From Eledone cirrhosa (lineage: Eukaryota), in contig OZ024745.1 in assembly GCA_964016885.1 (NCBI GenBank), positions 12,214,001-12,278,000 of the forward strand: a stretch of 64,000 bases of DNA. Direction: 5' to 3'. Of the stretch, positions 53,901 to 64,000 are shown piece by piece. The position numbers and the translations under genes are program-made. How positions within the stretch are numbered: position 1 is the first letter of the stretch; each line of letters begins with the position of its first letter. Under the pieces are notes generated by a model. The model made no database searches and was not told the origin of the DNA. It saw only the letters and a program-made list of their open reading frames with translations.

Positions 53901-56900
53901 AGTCATCTCTCTAGTGGATTGTAACTAACCAATATTGAAGGATGGCATCTCTCTAGTGGACTGTAACTCACCGATATTGAAGTGTCATCTCTCTAGTAGA
54001 CTGTAACTCACCAATATTGAAGTATGTCATCTCTCTAGTAGACTGTAACTCACCAATATTGAAGTATGTCATCTCTCTAGTAGACTGTAACTCACCAATA
54101 TAGAAGTATGTCATCTCTCTAGTAGACTGTAACTCACCAATATTGAAGTATGTCATCTCTCTAGTAGACTGTAACTCACCAATACTGAAGTATGTCATCT
54201 CTCTAGTAGACTGTAACTCACCAATATTGAAGTATGTCATCTCTCTAGTAGACTGTAACTCACCAATATTGAAGTGTGTCATCTCTCTAGTAGACTGTAA
54301 CTCACCAATATTGAAGTATGTCATCTCTCTAGTGGACTGTAACTCACCAATATTGAAGTATGTCATCTTTCTAGTAGACTGTAACTCACCAATATTGAAG
54401 TATGTCATCTCTCTAGTAGACTGTAACTCACCAATATTGAAGTATGTCATCTCTCTAGTAGACGGTAACTCACCAATAGTGAAGTATGTCATCTCTCTAG
54501 TAGATTGTAACTCACCAATATTGAAGTATGTCATCTCTCTAGTGAATTGTAACTAACCAATAATGAAGGATGGCATCTCTCTAGTGGACTGTAACTCACC
54601 AATATTAAAGTATGTCATCTCTCTAGTAGACTGTAACTCACCAATATTGAAGTATGTCATCTCTCTAGTAGAATGTAACTCACCAATATTGAAGTATGTC
54701 ATCTCTCTAGTAGATTGTAACTCACCAATATTGAAGTATGTCATCTCTCTAGTAGACTGTAACTCACCAATATTGAAGTATGTCATCTCTCTAGTAGACT
54801 GTAACTCACCAATATTGAAGTATGTCATCTCTCTAGTAGACTGTAACTCACCAATATTGAAGTATGTCATCTCTCTAGTAGACTGTAACTCACCAATATT
54901 GAAGTATGTCATCTCTCTAGTAGACTGTAACTCACCAATATTGAAGTATGTCCTCTCTCTAGCAGACTGTAACTCACCAATATTGAAGTATGTCATCTCT
55001 CTAGTAGACTGTAACTCACCAATATTGAAGTATGTCATCTCACTAGTAGAATGTAACTCACCAATATTGAAGTATGTCATCTCTCTAGTGGACTGTAACT
55101 CACCAATATTGAAGTATGTCATCTCTCTAGTGGACTGTAACTCACCAATATTGAAGTATGTCATCTCTCTAGTAGACTGTAACTCACCAATATTGAAGGA
55201 TGTCATCTCTCTAACAGACTGTAACTCACCAATATTGAAGTATGTCATCTCTCTAGTAGACTGTAACTCACCAATATTGAAGTATGTCATCTCTCTAATA
55301 GACTGTAACTCACCAATATTGAAGTATGTCATCTCTCTGGTAGACTGTAACTCTCCAATATTGAAGTATGTCATCTCTCTAGTGGACTGTAACTCACCAA
55401 TACCGAAGTATGTCATCTCTCTAACAGACTGTAACTCACCAATATTGAAGTATGTCATCTCTCTAGTGGAGTGTAACTCACCAATATTGAAGTATGTCAT
55501 CTCTCTAACAGTCTGTAACTCACCAATACTGAAGTATGTCATCTCGCTAGTAGACTGTAACTCACCAATATTGAAGTATGTCATCTCTCTAGTAGACTGT
55601 AACTCACCAATATTGAAGTATGTCATCTCTCTAGTAGACTGTAACTCACCAATATTGAAGTATGTCATCTCTCTAGTGGACTGTAACTCACCAATATTGA
55701 AGTATGTCATCTCTCTAACAGACTGTAACTCACCAATACTGAAGTATGTCATCTCTCTAGTAGACTGTACCTCACCAATATTGAAGTATGTCATCTCTCT
55801 AGTAAACTGTAACTCACCAATATTGAAGTATGTCATCTCTCTAGTAGACTGTAACTCACCAATATTGAAGTATGTCATCTCTCTAGTGGACTGTAACTCA
55901 CCAATATTGAAGTATGTCATCCCTCTAGTGGACTGTAACTCACCAATATTGAAGTATGTCATCTCTCTAGTAGACTGTAACTCACCAATATTGAAGCATG
56001 TCATCTCTCTAACAGACTGTAACTCACCAATATTGAAGTATGTCATCTCTCTAGTAGACTGTAACTCACCAATATTGAAGTATGTCATCTCTCTAGTAGA
56101 CTGTAACTCACCAATATTGAATTATGTCATCTCTCTAGTGGACTGTAACTCAGCAATATTGAAGTATGTCATCTCTCTAGTGGACTGTAACTCACCAATA
56201 TTGAAGTATGTCATCTCTCTAACAGACTGTAACTCACCAATATTGAAGTATGTCATCTCTCTAACAGACTGTAACTCACCAATATTGAAGTATGTCATCT
56301 CGCTAGTAGACTGTAACTCACCAATATTGAAGTATGTCATCTCTCTAGTAGACTGTAACTCACCAATATTGAAGGATGTCATCTTTCTAGTAGACTGTAA
56401 CTCACCAATATTGAAGTATGTCATCTCACTAGTGGACTGTAACTCACCAATATTGAAGTATGTCATCTCTCTAGTGGACTGTAACTCACCAATATTGAAG
56501 TATGTCATCTCTCTAACAGACTGTAACTCACCAATACTGAAGTATGTCATCTCTCTAGTAGACTGTAACTCACCAATATTGAAGTATGTCATCTCTCTAG
56601 TAGACTGTAACTCACCAATATTGAAGTATGTCATCTCACTAGTGTATTGTAACTCACCAATATTGAAGTATGTCATCTCTCTAGTAGACTGTAACTCACC
56701 AATAATGAAGTATGTCATCTCTCTAGTGGACTGTAACTCACCAATATTGAAGTATGTCATCTCTCTATAAAACTGTAACTCACCAATATTGAAGTATTTC
56801 ATCTCTCTAGTAGACTGTAACTCACCAATATTGAAGTATGTCATCTCTCTAACAGACTGTAACTCACCAATATTGAAGTATGTCATCTCGCTAGTAGACT

Positions 56901-59900
56901 GTAACTCACCAATATTGAAGTATGTCATCTCTCTAGTAGACTGTAACTCACCAATATTGAAGGATGTCATCTTTCTAGTAGACTGTAACTCACCAATATT
57001 GAAGTATGTCATCTCTCTAGTGGACTGTAACTCACCAATATTGAAGTATGCCATCCCTCTAGTGGACTGTAACTCACCAATATTGAAGTATGTCATCTCT
57101 CTAGTAGATTGTACCTCACCAATACTGAAGTATGTCATCTCTCTAGTAGACTGTAACTCACCAATATTGAAGTATGTCATCTCTCTAGTAGACTGTAACT
57201 CACCAATATTGAAGTATGTCATCTCTCTAGTGGACTGTAACTCACCAATATTGAAGTATGTCATCTCTCTATAAAACTGTAACTCACCAATATTGAAGTA
57301 TGTCATCTCTCTAGTAGACTGTAACTCACCAATATTGAAGTATGTCATCTCTCTAGTAGACTTTAACTCACCAATATTGAAGTATGTCATCTCTCTAACA
57401 GACTGTAACTCACCAATACTGAAGTATGTCATCTCTCTAGTAGACTGTAATTCACCAATATTGAAGTATGTCATCTCTCTAGTAGACTGTAACTCACCAA
57501 TATTGAAGTATGTCATCTCTCTAGTGGACTGTAACTCACCAATATTGAAGTTTGTCATCCCTCTAGTGGACTGTAACTCACCAATATTGAAGTATGTCAT
57601 CTCTCTAGTAGACTGTACCTCACCAATATTGAAGTATGTCATCTATCTAGTAGACTGTAACTCACCAATATTGAAGTATGTCATCTCTCTAGTAGACTGT
57701 AACTCACCAATATTGAAGTATGTCATCTCTCTAGTAGACTGTAACTCACCAATATTGAAGTATGTCATCTCTCTAGTAGACTGTAACTCACCAATATTGA
57801 AGTATGTCATCTCTCTACCAGACTGTAACTCACCAATATTGAAGTATGTCATCTCACTAGTAGACTGTAACTCACCAATATTGAAGTATGTCATCTCACT
57901 AGTGGACTGTAACTCACCAATATTGAAGTATGTCATCTCACTAGTGGACTGTAACTCACCAATATTGAAGTATGTCATCTCACTAGTAGACTGTAATTCA
58001 CCAATATTGAAGTATGTCATCTCTCTAACAGACTGTAACTCACCAATATTGAAGTATGTCATCTCTCTAGTGGACGGTAACTCACCAATAAGGAAATATG
58101 TCATCTCTCTAACAGTCTGTAACTCGCCAATACTGAAGTATGTCATCTCTCTAGTAGACTGTAACTCATCAATATTGAAGTATGTCATCTCTCTAGTAGA
58201 CTGTAACTCACCAATATTGAAGTATGTCATCTCTCTACCAGACTGTAACTCACCAATATTGAAGTATGTCATCTCTCTAGTGGACTGTAACTCACCAATA
58301 TTGAAGTATGTCATCTCTCTAACAGACTGTAACTCACCAATACTGAAGTATGTCATCTCTCTAGTAGACTGTAACTCACCAATATTGAAGTATGTCATCT
58401 CTCTAGTAGACTGTAACTCACCAATATTGAAGTATGTCATCTCTCTAGTAGACTGTAACTCACCAATATTGAAGTATGTCATCTCTCTAGTGGACTGTAA
58501 CTCACCAATATTGAAGTATGTCATCCCTCTAGTGGACTGTAACTCACCAATATTGAAGTATGTCATCTCTCTAGTAGACTGTAACTCACCAATATTGAAG
58601 TATGTCATCTCTCTAACAGACTGTAACTCACCAATACTGAAGTATGTCATCTCTCTAGTAGACTGTAATTCACCAATATTGAAGTATGTTATCTCTCTAG
58701 TAGACTGTAACTCACCAATATTGAAGTATGTCATCTCTCTAGTGGACTGTACCTCACCAATATTGAAGTATGTCATCCCTCTAGTGGACTGTAACTCACC
58801 AATATTGAAGTATGTCATCTCTCTAGTAGATTGTACCTCACCAATACTGAAGTATGTCATCTCTCTAGTAGACTGTAACTCACCAATATTGAAGTATGTC
58901 ATCTCTCTAGTAGACTGTAACTCACCAATATTGAAGTATGTCATCTCTCTAGTAGACTGTAACTCACCAATATTGAAGTATGTCATCTCTCTAGTAGACT
59001 GTACCTCACCAATATTGAAGTATGTCATCTCTCTAGTAGACTGTAACTCACCAATATTGAAGTATGTCATCTCTCTAATAGACTGTAACTCACCAATATT
59101 GAAGTATGTCATCTCTCTGGTAGACTGTAACTCTCCAATATTGAAGTATGTCATCTCTCTAGTGGACTGTAACTCACCAATACCGAAGTATGTCATCTCT
59201 CTAACAGACTGTAACTCACCAATATTGAAGTATGTCATCTCTCTAGTGGACTGTAACTCACCAATATTGAAGTATGTCATCTCTCTAGTAGATTGTACCT
59301 CACCAATACTGAAGTATGTCATCTCTCTAGTAGACTGTAACTCACCAATATTGAAGTATGTCATCTCTCTAGTAGACTGTAACTCACCAATATTGAAGTA
59401 TGTCATCTCTCTAGTAGACTGTAACTCACCAATATTGAAGTATGTCATCTCTCTAGTAGACTGTACCTCACCAATATTGAAGTATGTCATCTCTCTAGTA
59501 GACTGTAACTCACCAATATTGAAGTATGTCATCTCTCTAATAGACTGTAACTCACCAATATTGAAGTATGTCATCACTCTGGTAGACTGTAACTCTCCAA
59601 TATTGAAGTATGTCATCTCTCTAGTGGACTGTAACTCACCAATACCGAAGTATGTCATCTCTCTAACAGACTGTAACTCACCAATATTGAAGTATGTCAT
59701 CTCTCTAGTGGACTGTAACTCACCAATATTGAAGTATGTCATCTCTCTAACAGTCTGTAACTCACCAATACTGAAGTATGTCATCTCTCTAGTAGACTGT
59801 AACTCACCAATATTGAAGTATGTCATCTCTCTAGTAGACTGTAACTCACCAATATTGAAGTATGTCATCTCTCTTGTAGACTGTAACTCACCAATATTGA

Positions 59901-62900
59901 AGTATGTCATCTCTCTAGTGGACTGTAACTCACCAATATTGAAGTATGTCTTCTCTCTAACAGACTGTAACTCACCAATACTGAAGTATGTCATCTCTCT
60001 AGTAGACTGTACCTCACCAATATTGAAGTATGTCATCTCTCTAGTAGACTGTAACTCACCAATATTGAAGTATGTCATCTCTCTAGTAGACTGTAACTCA
60101 CCAATATTGAAGTATGTCATCTCACTAGTGGACTGTAACTCACCAATATTGAAGTATGTCATCCCTCTAGTGGACTGTAACTCACCAATATTGAAGTATG
60201 GCATCTCTCTAGTAGACTGTAACTCACCAATATTGAAGCATGTCATCTCTCTAACAGACTGTAACTCACCAATATTGAAGTATGTCATCTCTCTAGTAGA
60301 CTGTAATTCACCAATATTGAAGTATGTCATCTCTCTAGTAGACTGTAACTCACCAATATTGAAGTATGTCACCTCTCTAGTGGACTGTAACTCACCAATA
60401 TTGAAGTATGTCATCTCTCTAGTGGACTGTAACTCACCAATATTGAAGTATGTCATCTCTCTAACAGACTGTAACTCACCAATATTGAAGTATGTCATCT
60501 CGCTAGTAGACTGTAACTCACCAATATTGAAGTATGTCATCTCTCTAGTAGACTGTAACTCACCAATATTGAAGGATGTCATCTTTCTAGTAGACTGTAA
60601 CTCACCAATATTGAAGTATGTCATCTCACTAGTGGACTGTAACTCACCAATGTTGAAGTATGTCATCTCTCTAGTGGACTGTAACTCACCAATATTGAAG
60701 TATGTCATCTCTCTAACAGACTGTAACTCACCAATACTGAAGTATGTCATCTCTCTAGTAGACTGTAACTCACCAATATTGAAGTATGTCATCTCTCTAG
60801 TAGACTGTAACTCACCAATATTGAAGTATGTCATCTCACTAGTGGATTGTAACTCACCAATATTGAAGTATGTCATCTCTCTAGTAGACTGTAACTCACC
60901 AATGATGAAGTATGTCATCTCTCTAGTGGACTGTAACTCACCAATATTGAAGTATGTCATCTCTCTATAAAACTGTAACTCACCAATATTGAAGTATGTC
61001 ATCTCTCTAGTAGACTGTAACTCACCAATATTGAAGTATGTCATCTCTCTAGTGGAGTGTAACTCACCAATATTGAAGTATGTCATCTCTCTAGTGGACT
61101 GTAACTCACCAATATTGAAGTATGTCATCTCTCTAACAGACTGTAACTCACCAATATTGAAGTATGTCATCTCTCTAGTAGACTGTAACTCACCAATATT
61201 GAAGTATGTCATCTCTCTAACAGACTGTAACTCACCAATACTGAAGTATGTCATCTCTCTAGTAGACTGTAACTCACCAATATTGAAGTATGTCATCTCT
61301 CTAGTAGACTGTAACTCACCAATATTGAAGTATGTCATCTCTCTAGTAGACTGTAACTCACCAATATTGAAGTATGTCATCTCTCTAGTAGACTGTAACT
61401 CACCAATATTGAAGTATGTCATCTCTCTAGTAGACTGTAACTCACCAATATTGAAGTATGTCATCTCTCTAGTGGAATGTAACTCTCCAATATTGAAGTA
61501 TGTCATCTCTCTAGTAGACTGTAACTCACCAATATTGAAGTATGTCATCTCTCTAGTAGACTGTAACTCACCAATATTGAAGTATGTCATCTCTCTAACA
61601 GACTGTAACTCACCAATATTGAAGTATGTCATCACTCTAGTAGACTGTAACTCACCAATATTGAAGTATGTCATCTCTCTAGTAGACTGTAACTCACCAA
61701 TATTGAAGTATGTCATCTCACTAGTGGACTGTAACTCACCAATATTGAAGTATGTCATGTCTCTAGTAGACTGTAACTCACCAATATTGAAGTATATCAT
61801 CTCTCTAGTGGAATGTAACTCACCAATATTGAAGTATGTCATCTCACTAGTGGACTGTAACTCACCAATATTGAAGTATGTCATCTCACTAGTGGACTGT
61901 AACTCACCAATATTGAAGTATGTCATCTCTCTAGTAGACTGTAACTCACCAATATTGAAGTATGTCATCTCTCTAGCAGACTGTAACTAACCAATATTGA
62001 ACTATGTCATCTCTCTGGTAGACTGTAACTCACCAATATTGAAGTATGTCATCTCTCTAACAGACTGTAACTCACCAATATTGAAGTATGTCATCTCTCT
62101 AGTGGACTGTAACTCACCAATATTGAAGTATGTCATCTCTCTAGTAGACTGTAACTCACCAATATTGAAGTATGTCATCTCTCTAGTAGACTGTAACTCT
62201 CCCATATTGAAGTATGTAATCTCACTAGTGGACTGTAACTCACCAATATTGAAGTATGTCATCTCTCTAGTAGACTGTAACTCACCAATATTGAAGTATG
62301 TCATCTCTCTAGCAGACTGTAACTCACCAATATTGAACTATGTCATCTCTCTAGTAGACTGTAACTCACCAATATTGAAGTATGTCATCTCTCTAGTAGA
62401 CTGTAACTCACCAATATTGAAGTTTGTCATCTCTCTAGTGGACTATAAATCACCAATATTGAAGTATGGCATCTCTCTAGTAGACAGTAACTCACCAATA
62501 TTGAAGTATGTCATCTCTCTAACAGACTGTACCTCACCAATATTGAAGTATGTCATCTCTCTAGTGGACGGTAACTCACCAATATTGAAGTATGTCATCT
62601 CTCTAACAGTCTGTAACTCACCAATACTGAAGTATGTCATCTCTCTAATAGACTGTAACTCACCAATATTGAAGTATGTCATCTCTCTAGTAGACTGTAA
62701 CTCACCAATATTGAAGTATGTCATCTCTCTAGTAGACTGTAACTCACCAATATTGAAGTATGTCATCTCTCTAGAGGACTTTAACTCACCAATATTGAAG
62801 TATGTCATCTCTCTAACAGACTGTAACTCACCAATACTGAAGTATGTCATCTCTCTAGTAGACTGTAATTCACCAATATTGAAGTATGTCATCTCTCTGG

Positions 62901-64000
62901 TATACTGTAACTCACCAATATTGAAGTATGTCATCTCTCTAGTAGACTGTAACTCACCAATATTGAAGTATGTCATCTCTCTAGTGGACTGCAACTCACC
63001 AATATTGAAGTATGTTATCCCTCTAGTGGACTGTAACTCACCAATATTGAAGTATGTCATCTCTCTAGTAGACTGTAACTCACCAATATTGAAGTATGTC
63101 ATCTCTCTAGTAGACTGTAACTCACCAATATTGAAGTATGTCATCTCTCTAACAGACTGTAACTCACCAATACTGAAGTACGTCATCTCTCTAGTAGACT
63201 GTAATTCACCAATATTGAAGTATGTCATCTCTCTAGTAGACTGTAACTCACCAATATTGAAGTATGTCATCTCTCTAATGGACTGTAACTCACCAATATT
63301 GAAGTATGTCATCCCTCTAGTGGACTGTAACTCACCAATATTGAAGTATGTCATCTCTCTAGTAGATTGTACCTCACCAATACTGAAGTATGTCATCTCT
63401 CTAGTAGACTGTAACTCACCAATATTGAAGTATGTCATCTCTCTAGAAGACTGTAACTCACCAATATTGAAGTATGTCATCTCTCTAGTAGACTGTAACT
63501 CACCAATATTGAAGTATGTCATCTCTCTAGTGGACTGTAACTCACCAATATTGAAGTATGTCATCCCTCTAGTGGACTGTAACTCACAAATATTGAAGTA
63601 TGTCATCTCTCTAGTAGACTGTACCTCACCAATATTGAAGTATGTCATCTCTCTAGTAGACTGTAACTCACCAATATTGAAGTATGTCATCTCTCTAGTA
63701 GACTGTAACTCACCAATATTGAAGTATGTCATCTCTCTAGTAGACTGTAACTCACCAATATTGAAGTATGTCATCTCTCTAGTAGACTGTAACTCACCAA
63801 TATTGAAGTATGTCATCTCACTAGTGGACTGTAACTCACCAATATTGAAGTATGTCATGTCTCTAGTAGACTGTAACTCACCAATATTGAAGTATATCAT
63901 CTCTCTAGTGGAATGTAACTCACCAATATTGAAGTATGTCATCTCACTAGTGGACTGTAACTCACCAATATTGAAGTATGTCATCTCACTAGTGGACTGT
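11971..64000. repeat. 42-bp tandem satellite array, ~1,240 monomers, continuing past window end
   Basis: Consensus AACTCACCAATATTGAAGTATGTCATCTCTCTAGTAGACTGT. From CTCACC at 11981 to CTCACC at 63961 is 51,980 bp = 1238x42 - 16, matching the eight 2-bp-deleted monomers seen. Most monomers differ from consensus by zero to a few substitutions, and no insertions were seen. Confidence 0.99.

Noticed and set aside
11861-63984. Giant repeat-protein genes (MTYFNIGELQSTRE)n or (LKYVISLVDCNSPI)n
   Set aside because: Long ORFs follow automatically from a 42-bp unit lacking stops in one frame per strand. They are broken by recurrent stops and 2-bp frameshifts and have no unique domains. They are not called as CDS; only the exon-extension hypothesis is retained as a finding.
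11971-64000. CRISPR array
   Set aside because: Monomers are directly head-to-tail with no unique spacers, there are no cas genes, and the context is eukaryotic retroelements.

Overview
Eukaryotic, AT-rich repetitive DNA, probably an invertebrate (SINE type and (ATT)n density suggest a mollusc such as an octopus; this is inference). No host gene, rRNA, tRNA gene or CRISPR array is supported. Positions 1-11.7 kb are a cluster of non-LTR retroelements, all bordered by (TAA/ATT)n microsatellite. On the minus strand are two different R4/Dong-clade elements (RT plus restriction-like endonuclease), one near full length with a premature stop and one 5'-truncated. On the plus strand is a full-length but mutated Tx1/L1-clade element (ORF1 with zinc knuckle, ORF2 APE-RT). 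Two tRNA-derived SINE copies of one family follow in inverted orientation. From about 11.97 kb to the window end is an uninterrupted tandem array of about 1,240 copies of a 42-bp monomer (AACTCACCAATATTGAAGTATGTCATCTCTCTAGTAGACTGT). It has irregular higher-order duplications and one recurring 2-bp deletion variant, and it explains the many long repetitive ORFs. The main leads are: (i) every monomer carries a consensus 5' splice donor (TTG|GTGAGT, minus strand) in an open 14-codon frame, suggesting an amplified exon-intron junction; (ii) a possible (ATT)n-targeting Tx1/SINE pair using the same microsatellite as Dong elements but in opposite orientation; (iii) a multi-pseudoknot 5' UTR in the Dong element.
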